Below are positions 38,052 to 48,156 of a stretch of 64,000 bases of DNA, one piece after another (position 1 is the stretch's first letter; every line of letters begins with the position of its first letter). Under the pieces are notes generated by a model that was not told where the DNA came from, ran no database searches, and was given only the letters and a program-made list of their open reading frames with translations. The position numbers were made by a program, and so were the translations under genes. The DNA is from Polyangiales bacterium (GTDB taxonomy: Bacteria > Myxococcota_A > Polyangia > Polyangiales > Houyiibacteriaceae), in NCBI GenBank assembly GCA_041576815.1, contig JBFGKE010000010.1, forward strand, positions 16,599 through 80,598, in the 5' to 3' direction.

Positions 38052-40496
38052 ATGAGCGACGAAGAGGAAACCATCACATCGATCCCGCCCCCGGACACCG
38101 GCGAAATCGAGTTCGGCACCGAGCTTCCGGTCCTGCCGATTCGAAACGCGGTGCTCTTCCCAGCGGCGGTGGCGCCCTTCGACGTGGGCCGTGAGAAGTC
38201 CGTCGCTCTGGTGGAGGACATCGAGAACCTGGACCAACCGATCATCGCGATCATGGCCCAGCGTGACCCGTCGACCGACGACCCGGATCAAAGCGACCTC
38301 TATCCGGTGGGTGTGGCCGCGAGGGTGCTCAAGGCGCTCAAGCACAGCTCCGGAAATTACAGCCTGATCTTGCAGGGCCTCGTTCGAATCCGCCTCGAGC
38401 AGGTGGTCACCTCGGAGCCCTACCTTCGCGCACGGGTCTCCCGCCTCAACGAGCCGCCGGCCGAGGACGTCGAAAGCGAGGCGCTCGCGATGAGCCTTCG
38501 GGACATCGCCAAGCAAGTCATCCAGCTCATGCCGGAGCTCCCGCGAGAGGCCGGCTCCCTCATCGACTCGATTCAAGAGCGGGGCCAGCTTGCCGACCTC
38601 GTGGCCGCCAACCTCGACGCGCCGGTCGACGAGAAGTCCCAGCTCCTCGAGACGCTCGATCCGAAAGAGCGTATTCGCAAAGTCCTTCGCCTGCTCACCC
38701 GTCAACTCGAAATCCTCAAGATGCGCGAGCGCATCAACTCGCAAATCAAAGAGGAGATGGGCAAGAATCAGCGCGAGTACGTCCTCCGGCAGCAGCTCAA
38801 AGCGATCAAAGAGGAGCTCGGCGAGGAAGAGGGCGATCAGGGTGACCTCGACATCCTCGAGGAGCGCATCGCCAAGGCCAATTTGCCGAGTGAGGCTGAC
38901 AGTGTCGCGCACAAGCAGCTCAAGCGCTTGCGTCAGATGCAGGTCGGCTCGGCGGAGTATACGGTCGTGCGCACCTACATCGACTGGATTCTCGACATCC
39001 CCTGGAGCAAGCAGACCGCCGACAACATGGACATCGCGGCGGTGCGGAAAGTGCTCGACGAAGACCACTCCGGCCTCGAGAAGGTCAAGAAGCGGATCGT
39101 CGAATACCTCGCCGTGCGAAAGCTGAAGACCGACAAGAAGGGGCCGATCCTATGCCTGATCGGTCCACCCGGCGTCGGTAAGACGTCGCTCGGCCGCTCC
39201 GTCGCGCGCGCGCTCGGACGGAAGTTTCATCGAATCAGCCTCGGCGGCGTGCACGACGAGGCCGCGATCCGAGGTCACCGCCGAACTTATGTCGGCGCCC
39301 TTCCCGGCCAGGTGATTCAGGGCATGAAGAAGGCCACCACGGTCAACCCGGTCTTCATGCTCGACGAAATCGACAAGATCGGGCACGATTTCCGCGGCGA
39401 CCCAGCGGCGGCCCTGCTCGAGGTGCTCGATCCCGAGCAAAACGACACGTTCAGCGACCACTACCTCGAGATTCCCTACGACCTTTCGAAGGTGATGTTC
39501 ATCGCGACTGCAAACGTCGGTGACACCATCCCGGCCCCGCTCAAAGACCGAATGGAGATCATCGAGATCCCCGGCTACACGCGTCGCGAGAAGCTCGACA
39601 TCGCCCGTGTGCATCTCGTGCCGAAGCAGCTCGAGGAGCACGGCATCAAGCCTGAGCAGGTGACGCTCGAAGACGCCGCAATCGAGTCGATCATCGACCA
39701 CTACACGCGCGAGGCCGGCGTTCGAAACATGGAACGCCAAATCGCCAGCGTGATCCGCGGGGTGGCCGTCAAAGTCGCCGAAGGCGAGCAGGGGCCGTGG
39801 GCCATCTCCGACGAGGACTCGCTGCGGCCTTATCTCGGCGCACCCCGCTTCAGCTCGGAGGTCGCCGAGCGCACGGCAGAAACAGGGGTCGCCACCGGCC
39901 TCGCATGGACTTCGGTCGGCGGCGAAATCCTGTTCATCGAGTGCACGAAGATGCACGGCACCGGCAAGCTTCAGCTCACGGGTCAGCTCGGCGACGTCAT
40001 GAAGGAGTCGGCGCAAACCGCGATGAGCTACGTGCGTACGCGAGCCAAGGGGTTCGGTATCGCCGAGGATTTCCTCGAGAAGAGTGACATTCACATCCAC
40101 ATCCCGGCGGGCGCCATGCCCAAGGACGGGCCGAGCGCCGGCGTCACCATGATGACGGCCATCGTCTCACTGCTGACGGGAATCCACGTCCGACACGACG
40201 TCGCCATGACCGGCGAGATCACCTTGCGCGGCCGCGTGCTTCCCGTGGGGGGCGTCAAAGAGAAAGTCCTTGCCGCACACCGCGCAGGGATCAAGCGAGT
40301 CATCCTTCCGGAGCGGAACACCGCGGACCTCGACGAAGTGCCCGAAGAGGTGCGTGAGACCCTCGAGTTCGTCCCCGTCTCCAAGATGGACGCCGTCCTG
40401 GCGAACGCCCTCCTCGACCCGGACCGGCTGGAGCTCGACTTGAGCGACCCACGCCCCGACAAGGGCGAGGCAGAACCGGTCCAGGCGTCGCCGTAG
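38052..40496 (+). CDS. lon: ATP-dependent protease La
   Basis: [47 protein letters not shown]. Confidence 0.98.
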   Translation: MSDEEETITSIPPPDTGEIEFGTELPVLPIRNAVLFPAAVAPFDVGREKSVALVEDIENLDQPIIAIMAQRDPSTDDPDQSDLYPVGVAARVLKALKHSSGNYSLILQGLVRIRLEQVVTSEPYLRARVSRLNEPPAEDVESEALAMSLRDIAKQVIQLMPELPREAGSLIDSIQERGQLADLVAANLDAPVDEKSQLLETLDPKERIRKVLRLLTRQLEILKMRERINSQIKEEMGKNQREYVLRQQLKAIKEELGEEEGDQGDLDILEERIAKANLPSEADSVAHKQLKRLRQMQVGSAEYTVVRTYIDWILDIPWSKQTADNMDIAAVRKVLDEDHSGLEKVKKRIVEYLAVRKLKTDKKGPILCLIGPPGVGKTSLGRSVARALGRKFHRISLGGVHDEAAIRGHRRTYVGALPGQVIQGMKKATTVNPVFMLDEIDKIGHDFRGDPAAALLEVLDPEQNDTFSDHYLEIPYDLSKVMFIATANVGDTIPAPLKDRMEIIEIPGYTRREKLDIARVHLVPKQLEEHGIKPEQVTLEDAAIESIIDHYTREAGVRNMERQIASVIRGVAVKVAEGEQGPWAISDEDSLRPYLGAPRFSSEVAERTAETGVATGLAWTSVGGEILFIECTKMHGTGKLQLTGQLGDVMKESAQTAMSYVRTRAKGFGIAEDFLEKSDIHIHIPAGAMPKDGPSAGVTMMTAIVSLLTGIHVRHDVAMTGEITLRGRVLPVGGVKEKVLAAHRAGIKRVILPERNTADLDEVPEEVRETLEFVPVSKMDAVLANALLDPDRLELDLSDPRPDKGEAEPVQASP

Positions 40497-40503
40497 TCGT
40501 CTG

Positions 40504-42054
40504 ATGGAAGGCGGCCGCTTCCGAATCGTGTACCTGTTTCTGGTTCCCGCGATTCTCGTCGCCGCCGGCATTCTCGGGTACTACACGTTTCGCTCGGCGC
40601 GCGAATACGCGCAGCTCGGCGAGCAGACGATTGCCCAGTCGCTGCTTTCGGTCGCACAGCAGCGCGTGGAGCGGATCGAGCGGTACATCGTCATCGCAGA
40701 CAACACGGTGTTTCATCTCGTCGACCCGGAGGACTCGAGCACGCTCGATTCCGTTTGGCTTCCACAGGCCGAGACGCAGACTCCAGGCGTCCGCTCCGTG
40801 CTTTTGATCGATGACGCGGGCAACGTCATTCAATGGGCGAGCCGCGAGGACAAGAAGGCCCGGCGCGCATTCCTACGAAGCTTTCGCCAGACTCTCGTCA
40901 AGTCACTCGAGCTCGACGCGCCGGACCCGGAAGTGCTTCGACACGTCCACGAGACGGTGGAGGGCAAAGACTACTTGCTCTCCTACAAGGCCCACTCGAC
41001 CGAAGAAAAGCAGGTCACGTTCATCGTCGCGGTGACCGACACGCAGTATTTGGTGGACGAGGTCTTTCCCATGATGTTCGTTTCCGACGATACGGCGCCC
41101 ATCTACAACATCGTCGACGAAAGCAACCAGCTCATCTTCGGGCCTGACCTTTCGGAAGCCGGTGTCTATACGGTCGACCATCGCTTTCCGGCGACCCTCT
41201 ACGGCTGGCGACTCCAGGTCGCCCCGCGGCACGCTGCGCTTCTCCAAGACACAGGGCGTTCGCGAATGCGCGGCGAGGTCATGCTGCCTCTGATGTCGTT
41301 CGCGATCATCTTGCTGGCAGCGATCTTCTTCTTCTACGCCGCGGAGAAAGAGCGCAGCCTCAATCTCCTCAAGAGCGAGCTCATGGCCAACGTTTCGCAC
41401 GAGCTCAAGACGCCTCTCTCCGTCGTGCGCATGTTTGCAGACATGCTGCGCTCGGACCGTGTTCCGAGCGAGGAACGGAGGCTCGAATACCTCGACATCA
41501 TTTGCCGCGAGTCCGAGCGTTTGACCTCCTTGATCGACAACGTGCTCGATTTTTCAGCACTCGAGGGCGGCAAAGGGCCGTACCGACTCAAACAGGGAGA
41601 CCTCGGGGAGGCGATCGAGCGCGCGCTCGACGCGTTCCGCTACCGAAGCGAGCAAGACGGCATCGAAATTCACCTCGAGGCGCAGAAGGATCTCCCGCCC
41701 GTGCTCATCGACCAAGAGGCCATCTCCCTTGCGGTGATCAATCTCCTCGACAACGCGGTGAAGTACGGCGGCCAGAGTCCCGTCGAGCTCGAGCTTTCTG
41801 CAAGGCGCTCCGCGGTCGACATTGCAGTGCGCGATCACGGCCCGGGCATCCCGAAGGATGCGCTTCGCCGCGTGTTCGAACGCTTTTACCGCGGCCCTGC
41901 AACCAACCCGACACGCGGGTCCGGCATCGGCCTCTCCCTGGTGCAGCACATCGCCCAAGCCCACGGCGGACGCGCCTGGGCGAGAAACGCTCCGGGGGGC
42001 GGGGCGATCGTGGGCTTCTCGATTCCCGTCGCCGCCGGGGGCTTCGCAACCTGA
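40504..42054 (+). CDS. Membrane sensor histidine kinase
   Basis: Two TM segments, [38 protein letters not shown]. Confidence 0.93.
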   Translation: MEGGRFRIVYLFLVPAILVAAGILGYYTFRSAREYAQLGEQTIAQSLLSVAQQRVERIERYIVIADNTVFHLVDPEDSSTLDSVWLPQAETQTPGVRSVLLIDDAGNVIQWASREDKKARRAFLRSFRQTLVKSLELDAPDPEVLRHVHETVEGKDYLLSYKAHSTEEKQVTFIVAVTDTQYLVDEVFPMMFVSDDTAPIYNIVDESNQLIFGPDLSEAGVYTVDHRFPATLYGWRLQVAPRHAALLQDTGRSRMRGEVMLPLMSFAIILLAAIFFFYAAEKERSLNLLKSELMANVSHELKTPLSVVRMFADMLRSDRVPSEERRLEYLDIICRESERLTSLIDNVLDFSALEGGKGPYRLKQGDLGEAIERALDAFRYRSEQDGIEIHLEAQKDLPPVLIDQEAISLAVINLLDNAVKYGGQSPVELELSARRSAVDIAVRDHGPGIPKDALRRVFERFYRGPATNPTRGSGIGLSLVQHIAQAHGGRAWARNAPGGGAIVGFSIPVAAGGFAT

Positions 42055-42065
42055 CTCGGGCGTTT

Positions 42066-42094
42066 TTGCCCGTCCCACCGAGTGCGGCTATCTT
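42066..42094 (+). promoter_or_regulatory. Internal sigma70 promoter of the response regulator, leaderless-type
   Basis: TTGCCC, 17-bp spacer, TATCTT, 7 nt, ATG 42102. Confidence 0.55.
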
Positions 42095-42101
42095 CGCGAC
42101 G

Positions 42102-42797
42102 ATGTCTGCAGATGGACGCGGCATACTGCTGGTCGAGGACGATCCGGCGCTCGCCCTGGGCCTGTCCGATAGCCTTCGCTTCGAGGGATACCGGGTCGTT
42201 CACACGCCCAAAGGTGAAAAGGCGATCGAGCTGGCGACCTCCGAGGACATCGACTGCGTGATCCTCGATCTGATGCTGCCGGACATGAATGGCTATCTGG
42301 TTTGCGAAACGATCCGCAAGATGGATCCGGTCCTGCCGATTTTGATGCTGACCGCAAGAGGTCAGGAGTCGGACAAGATTCGAGGGCTCGAGGCAGGGGC
42401 CGACGACTACGTGACCAAGCCGTTTTCGATCGGCGAGCTGGTCGCGAGGATCCGAGCCTTGTTCCGGCGTGCCGGGCGCTCGGTCCGACCTTCGCAGGCA
42501 GAAATACGCATCGGCGACACCAACGTGGAAACCGGCTCGCAAACTTTGACCCGCGGCACCGACACCATGCATCTCTCGTTTTACGAGGTCGAGCTCTTGA
42601 AATTCTTGTGGGAGCGCGAAGGAGAGCCCGTGTCGCGCGACGAGATCCTCGAAAAGATATGGGGCCTCGAAGCTGGGCCGAACAATCGCACCGTCGACAA
42701 CTTCATCGTGAAGCTCAGACGAAAGATCGAGCCGAAGCCCGACCGACCGATCCACATCCTGACCGTCTACGGCGTCGGCTACAAGCTCGTCTGCTGA
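42102..42797 (+). CDS. OmpR/PhoB-family response regulator
   Basis: LLVEDD, ILDLMLP, LTA, GADDYVTKPF, RTVDNFI..LRRKIE, TVYGVGY. Confidence 0.95.
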   Translation: MSADGRGILLVEDDPALALGLSDSLRFEGYRVVHTPKGEKAIELATSEDIDCVILDLMLPDMNGYLVCETIRKMDPVLPILMLTARGQESDKIRGLEAGADDYVTKPFSIGELVARIRALFRRAGRSVRPSQAEIRIGDTNVETGSQTLTRGTDTMHLSFYEVELLKFLWEREGEPVSRDEILEKIWGLEAGPNNRTVDNFIVKLRRKIEPKPDRPIHILTVYGVGYKLVC

Positions 42798-42800
42798 TTG

Positions 42801-42941
42801 ATGGGAACCGGCATCACCACGTTCCTGTGGTACGGGCTGTGTTTCGGCGTCGTCGTGCTGGCCGGCGTGATTGCGATTGGGCTCGTCGTGTGGGGCACCC
42901 GGCGCGAGAAGCGCAGAAAAGACAAGCAGCCGCCGTCTTGA
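42801..42941 (+). CDS. Small (46-aa) single-TM protein, not in the ORF track
   Basis: MGTGITTFLWYGLCFGVVVLAGVIAIGLVVWGTRREKRRKDKQPPS*. Starts 3 nt after the regulator stop; GC-rich third positions. Confidence 0.65.
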   Translation: MGTGITTFLWYGLCFGVVVLAGVIAIGLVVWGTRREKRRKDKQPPS

Positions 42942-42977
42942 CCTCGTGCGAGGTGGTCAGTACAACCATGCCGCTTC

Positions 42978-43457
42978 GTGGAGCACCGTCACGGACGAGG
43001 AGAGTCTTTGCCGCGAAAAGAACAACGAGGCGGCCTCGGTCGCTGGCTGGCAATAAGCATCTACGCGGTCTTGTTCGCGTATCTGGCCGTGGTGGGTTTT
43101 GCCTCCGTCATCCCGCAGGTCTTCTGGCCCGAAGCCGACGATTCGTTCGAGCTCGAGTGCGCAGACGGGCTGCAGCTCCTTCGGCACGAGGTCGACGAGC
43201 TGAAGATGAGCTACGTTGCGACGAATGAAACCGACCCCACTGCGCTCCGGCATGCGCTCGAATCCTGGGATCTGCGGTTGAACGCCTTGGCCAAGCGTTG
43301 CGACGAAGACCGGGTGCACACCCTCAACCAATACCGCCATCGGGTCGAGCTGGGCCTCGAACGCTACATGCGTGAGGACGCGCCGCTGGCCAACCGCGTG
43401 GGCGAGCCACAAGGGCCGCATCGCGACGAGCCTCCCGCCACGGAGCCCTCCCGATGA
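42978..43457 (+). CDS. Hypothetical membrane protein
   Basis: TM segment (WLAISIYAVLFAYLAVVGF), Cys pair; ATGA-coupled to the helicase. Confidence 0.65.
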   Translation: MEHRHGRGESLPRKEQRGGLGRWLAISIYAVLFAYLAVVGFASVIPQVFWPEADDSFELECADGLQLLRHEVDELKMSYVATNETDPTALRHALESWDLRLNALAKRCDEDRVHTLNQYRHRVELGLERYMREDAPLANRVGEPQGPHRDEPPATEPSR

Positions 43458-45106
43458 GCGAAGAGACCGGCGAAGAGATCCAGTCCACGTTTGCAGATCT
43501 CGGCCTTCGCCAGGACGTGTTGGAGGCGCTCGGCGAGATGGGCTGGGAGGCTCCCACGCCGGTTCAGCGTGACGCCTACCCGCTCGCGGTCGCTGGGCAC
43601 GACATCATCGTTCAGTCGCGAACCGGAACCGGCAAGACCGGCGCGTTTGGTATTCCGCTCGTCGACAGGCTGCTCTCGGACGACGGGGACGAGCAAGCGC
43701 TCGTGCTTGCCCCTACGCGGGAGCTCGCCCTGCAAAGCGCGCGCGAAATCGAGAAGCTTGGCGCGCGGCGCGGAATCGACACGGTGGCGGTCTACGGAGG
43801 CGCATCGATGGATCGGCAAATCAGCGCACTCGAAAAAGGCGCTAGAGTGATCAGTGGTACCCCGGGTCGCGTTCTCGATCATCTCAAACGCAAGACGATG
43901 AAGGCGTCGAGGCTGCGCATCCTCGTGCTCGACGAAGCCGACGAGATGCTTTCGATGGGCTTCGCCAAAGAGCTGAACGCGATCATCGAAAAGCTTCCGA
44001 AAAAGCGTCAGACCCTGTTGTTTTCAGCAACGGTGGACCGCGCGATCAAGCGGGTGGCCGAGCGGCACATGCGGGACCCGCAGTTCCTCGGTCTCTCGGG
44101 CGATCACGTGGGGGCGCTCGGGATCGAGCATTTCGCGTACATGGTGACTGGCGTCGGCCGCGTCGCAAACCTCATCACCGTCCTCGAGATCGAAGACCCG
44201 GAGAGCGCGCTCATCTTTTGCAATACCAAAGCCGAAACCGAAGAGGTGTCGGCAGCGCTTCAACGCGCCGGTTTCAACGCCGAGTGGCTCAACGGTGACA
44301 GGCCTCAAAGAGAGCGAGAGGACGTTCTCGGTCGAGTCCGCCGTGAGGAGATCCGCTTCTTGGTCGCCACCGATGTCGCCGCGCGAGGGATCGACGTCTC
44401 GCACCTCACCCACGTCATCAACTTCTCACTGCCCGAAAACGTCGAACAGTACGTTCACCGCACCGGCAGGACCGGCCGCGCAGGCCGAACAGGTACCGCG
44501 AGTTCGCTCGTTGGCCCGAGCGAGCTCGGCATTCTCTACTACCTGCGTTTGCAGTATCGTATCTTTCCCGTCGAACGGACGCTTCCGAGCGAAGGCGAAC
44601 AACGCACTCGGCAAGAAGCCGACTTGATCGCCATGATCGACACCGCGTACCCAAACCCACCAAGCGAAAAGGACCTCGCCCTCGTGCGGCGCTTCCTGAC
44701 GCACGAAAGCGCCGACCGGATGCTGGCCGGGCTCCTCGCGGCGTTCTTCGGGACTGAAACCGACGATCTCGACAAGGTCGCTGCGTCCCGACGCCGTCGC
44801 GGCAAAGAGCACGTCGACCGGGCGAGCAACGGCGGCGATTCTGAGTCGCGCGACGACGACGACGAGCCCACGGCGACCCTCTATGTCAACGTGGGCCGGC
44901 GTCACGAGCTGAAAGCGTCGGAGCTCGGCCGGCTTCTCAGGGACCGTACCGGCCTGAAGCGCAAAGAAATCGGGCGTATACGAGTACGTGACCGGCATTC
45001 CCTCGTCGACGTGCCCGAAGAGAGGGCCCAGGCCGTCATCGACTCGATGGCAGGCGCCGTTTTGCGGGACCAGGAGCTCGAGCTGGAGCTCGCCAGCGGC
45101 GATTGA
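43454..45106 (+). CDS. DEAD-box RNA helicase with DbpA-type C-terminal RNA-binding domain
   Basis: Q motif, RTGTGKT, PTRELA, DEAD, SAT, ARGID, HRTGRTGRAG, LYVNVGRR. Confidence 0.95.
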   Translation: MSEETGEEIQSTFADLGLRQDVLEALGEMGWEAPTPVQRDAYPLAVAGHDIIVQSRTGTGKTGAFGIPLVDRLLSDDGDEQALVLAPTRELALQSAREIEKLGARRGIDTVAVYGGASMDRQISALEKGARVISGTPGRVLDHLKRKTMKASRLRILVLDEADEMLSMGFAKELNAIIEKLPKKRQTLLFSATVDRAIKRVAERHMRDPQFLGLSGDHVGALGIEHFAYMVTGVGRVANLITVLEIEDPESALIFCNTKAETEEVSAALQRAGFNAEWLNGDRPQREREDVLGRVRREEIRFLVATDVAARGIDVSHLTHVINFSLPENVEQYVHRTGRTGRAGRTGTASSLVGPSELGILYYLRLQYRIFPVERTLPSEGEQRTRQEADLIAMIDTAYPNPPSEKDLALVRRFLTHESADRMLAGLLAAFFGTETDDLDKVAASRRRRGKEHVDRASNGGDSESRDDDDEPTATLYVNVGRRHELKASELGRLLRDRTGLKRKEIGRIRVRDRHSLVDVPEERAQAVIDSMAGAVLRDQELELELASGD

Positions 45107-45156
45107 TCTCCAAATTTGGGGACCTATCCGATGGTCGTCTATCTTGATTTCGGTAG

Positions 45157-46998
45157 ATGCCTGAGGGGATAGCATCGACGAGGCCGGAGCCGTCAGGGTT
45201 GCACCCGGGCGTCGTGGTCGGAGGCCGATTCGAGGTCATCGATCGAATCGATGAGGACCCGCAGGCGATCGTCTGGTCCGCCAAGGACCAGCAGACCCAA
45301 AGGGCGATCCTAGTACGTGTAATCCGTCCCGAGCTGGTGCCGGCGGAGGCCGCGGCGAGCCTGCGGGACGCATGCCGAGCTGCCGCCTCGCTCTCACATC
45401 GAAACATCGTGCGGATCTTCGGCGTGGGCCGAACCTCGAAGGGCGAACATTTCGTGGCGGGCGAGTGGGTCGAGGGCACCTCTCTCTCCGAGTTCATTCA
45501 CGGGCGAGACGAGGCCGCCGGGCCAATCCCGCTGCGGGGCATCTACAACGTGATTGCACACCTGTGCGACGCGCTCACCTACGCCCATCGGAAAGGGCCC
45601 CATGGAACGCTTCGTCCCGGCGTCGTGTGGGTGACGCCTGGAGGGCGCGTGAAGGTTCGCGACTTCGGTGTCGGTCGGGTCCTGCTGGACGCGAGGGGGC
45701 CGAGCGTCTTCAAAGACGCGGAGCACGCCTGTCTGGCACCGGAGGTCAAGCGGGGAGAGGCGCCGACGCCTCGAAGCGACGTGTTTGGAATCGGTGCCAT
45801 TCTGTACGAGCTGTTGACTAGCCGAACGCCGGGTGCCGACTTCGTGGCGCCGTCGCACGTTCGAAGTGACATCTCGCCGGAGGTCGACGGGATCCTGTTC
45901 CAATGCCTCGCGCACGATCCGAAGGACCGCTTGGACTCGCCGGACAGCATTCGCAAAGCCCTCGTCCCGTTCGTCACGCAAGCGAACTCGCTGCCGCCGC
46001 CAACGAACGGTAAAGAGCTCAGCGTTCTCCACTCGGTCCCACCGCCGGCCGACCTGGAAGTGCCGATTTTCAGCTTGGTCCCGGAGGCCAACCCAGCGCC
46101 GCCTGCGCCGCCCGCGCGTCCCAAGCGCGGCCTGATGAGTCTCATCAACGAGCTTTCGTCGGACTCCAAACAGCGTTGGATGGTGGCACGCGACAAGATG
46201 GACCACGGCCCATTCAACGCTCGTGAGCTGATCGAGCGGGTAAACATCGGAGGGTTTTCTGGCGACGACCTCACGTTGAACATCGACACTAAGGAGCGAA
46301 AGCCCCTTCGCGAGTGGAGTGAGTTCAAAGAGTTCATCCTTCAGCGAGAGCACCAAGACACCGCTGCGGCTGAACGCGCGGCGCGCGCCCATGCACGCCG
46401 ATCCGAGAAGCGCTCATCCGCGATGAAGTGGCTGATCGCGGCGTCGGTCATCGGAGTCGTGACGATTTCGGTGGGTGGGTTCTTGATGTCCCGGTCGAGC
46501 GATGCCCGCGAGGCCGCTGCGACCGAGCTCGACGACTTGTTCAAGCTCGGGAAGATCACCACCGGCGAAGCGGGCCTCCTGCCCGACCGTCCGGTGCGGA
46601 CTCGCAGACGCGGCTCGGGGGGAGCGGCACCAAAGCGCAGCAGCGGCGGCGGCTTTGCCAGCTACGACGAAGCGATGAGCCGCGCGGTGGAGATCGGCGA
46701 CGCCTCGCAGGGCGGCGGTGAGGGCCGCCTGACCGGGGGCCAGGTCGCCAGCGTGATGAACCGGAATCTCAACGGCTTCTATCGAAGCTGCGTAGTGCCG
46801 GAGGTCAAGAGCGGCGGCAAGCCAGGCAACGTGAAAGTCGACCTCGCGATTGCAGGCACCGGCTCCGTGCTCGGCGCGAGCGTGCACGGGGGCAGCGCGA
46901 GCTTTCAGGGATGCATGGCGCAGCAGATCAAGTCAGTCCGCTTTCCCACCTTCGGCGCCCCACGCATGGGCGCGAGATATACGTTCACGGTGAACTAG
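45157..46998 (+). CDS. Pseudokinase + GYF_2 + TM + AgmX/PglI (TonB-C-like) domain protein
   Basis: Kinase fold with DFG and APE but no Gly loop, VAIK Lys or HRD. WMV..D..DHGPF GYF-like motif, TM, C-terminal C...C..RFP.F domain. Confidence 0.8.
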   Translation: MPEGIASTRPEPSGLHPGVVVGGRFEVIDRIDEDPQAIVWSAKDQQTQRAILVRVIRPELVPAEAAASLRDACRAAASLSHRNIVRIFGVGRTSKGEHFVAGEWVEGTSLSEFIHGRDEAAGPIPLRGIYNVIAHLCDALTYAHRKGPHGTLRPGVVWVTPGGRVKVRDFGVGRVLLDARGPSVFKDAEHACLAPEVKRGEAPTPRSDVFGIGAILYELLTSRTPGADFVAPSHVRSDISPEVDGILFQCLAHDPKDRLDSPDSIRKALVPFVTQANSLPPPTNGKELSVLHSVPPPADLEVPIFSLVPEANPAPPAPPARPKRGLMSLINELSSDSKQRWMVARDKMDHGPFNARELIERVNIGGFSGDDLTLNIDTKERKPLREWSEFKEFILQREHQDTAAAERAARAHARRSEKRSSAMKWLIAASVIGVVTISVGGFLMSRSSDAREAAATELDDLFKLGKITTGEAGLLPDRPVRTRRRGSGGAAPKRSSGGGFASYDEAMSRAVEIGDASQGGGEGRLTGGQVASVMNRNLNGFYRSCVVPEVKSGGKPGNVKVDLAIAGTGSVLGASVHGGSASFQGCMAQQIKSVRFPTFGAPRMGARYTFTVN

Positions 46999-47052
46999 GG
47001 ACTGGGGTCACGGTTTCGTTCCCGTTCCCGTGACGGTGAAATCAACTCTTTG

Positions 47053-47077
47053 AAAAAGGGGACTGTCCCCTTTTTTT
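47053..47077. terminator. Bidirectional terminator / REP-like palindrome
   Basis: AAAAAGGGGAC-T-GTCCCCTTTTTTT between convergent genes. A second hairpin GTCACGG..CCGTGAC lies at about 47007-47034. Confidence 0.7.
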
Positions 47078-48153
47078 CAGCCCTCGAGCACGGCGGCTAC
47101 TTGGGGGAGCCTGGCGAAGCTGTCTTTGTCGGCTGCTTTTTCGAGGGCGTCTTCGGGCCTGACTTTGCCTGCGGCGACCATCCTCCCGAGCACGGCGTCG
47201 ATGCTCTGCATGCCGTGACTGCCACCCCCCTGGATCAGGCTCTGAAGCATCGAGGTTTTCGCCTCTCGAATCGCGGCCGCGACGCCCGGCGTTCCAATCA
47301 GGATCTCTTGCGCCGCAATACGACCGCTTCCGTCGGCTTTGCGGAGGAGCTGCTGGGCAACGATGCCTGCCAGCGAGTCCGCCAGCATGCCCCGGATCTG
47401 AGGCTGCTGGCTGGCCGGAAAGGCGTTGACGAATCGATCGATCGTCGCTGGCGCCGAGTTGGTATGCACCGTGGCAAAAATCAGGATTCCGAAGCTCGCG
47501 AGCTGAAGCGCCATCTTCATCGTTTCGCGACCGCGAAGCTCCCCGACCAGGATCACGTCGGCATTCTCGCGACCCGCGCTTCGAATCGCGTCGGCGAAGC
47601 TCGGCGTGTGCTCACCGACCTCCCGGTGCGTGATCTGGCACCGCTTCGGCGTGTGCACGAATTCCACGGGGTCCTCGATGGTGAGAATGTGGCCCTCTCG
47701 GTTTCTGTTGATGTGATCGAGCATCGCTGCCAAGGTCGTGCTCTTGCCGCTTCCGGTCGGACCGGTGACCAGCACCAGCCCGGACTGCCGCTCCGACAAC
47801 CGAACGACCGCGTCCGGCAGCCCCAGATCCTGCGTCGTGAGGATCTCGCTCGGAATGGTCCTGAACACGGCGCCGGGCCCCGTGGTCTTGTAGAGATAGT
47901 TCGCGCGGAAACGCGCTTTGTCCTCGTACCCGTAGGCGAAGTCGAGGTCTCGATGCGCGTGGAAGTAGATGCGCTTGTCCTCGCTGATGATTTCATCCAT
48001 CAGCTGAACGACCTTCGAATGGTCGAGCGGCTGATTCTCGATTGCAACCAGCTCGCCCTTGAGACGAATCGTCGGGGGGTAGCCAATCGAAAGATGAAGG
48101 TCCGATCCTCCTTGGTCCAACAGCAGGTCGAAGTAGCGATCGAGAGCAGGCAT
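47077..48153 (-). CDS. PilT/PilU-family ATPase (paralog 2)
   Basis: GSDLHL, RFRAN, GPTGSGKST, TIEDPVE, DVILVGE, ATVHT. Confidence 0.9.
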   Translation of the reverse strand: MPALDRYFDLLLDQGGSDLHLSIGYPPTIRLKGELVAIENQPLDHSKVVQLMDEIISEDKRIYFHAHRDLDFAYGYEDKARFRANYLYKTTGPGAVFRTIPSEILTTQDLGLPDAVVRLSERQSGLVLVTGPTGSGKSTTLAAMLDHINRNREGHILTIEDPVEFVHTPKRCQITHREVGEHTPSFADAIRSAGRENADVILVGELRGRETMKMALQLASFGILIFATVHTNSAPATIDRFVNAFPASQQPQIRGMLADSLAGIVAQQLLRKADGSGRIAAQEILIGTPGVAAAIREAKTSMLQSLIQGGGSHGMQSIDAVLGRMVAAGKVRPEDALEKAADKDSFARLPQVAAVLEG

Positions 48154-48156
48154 GGC

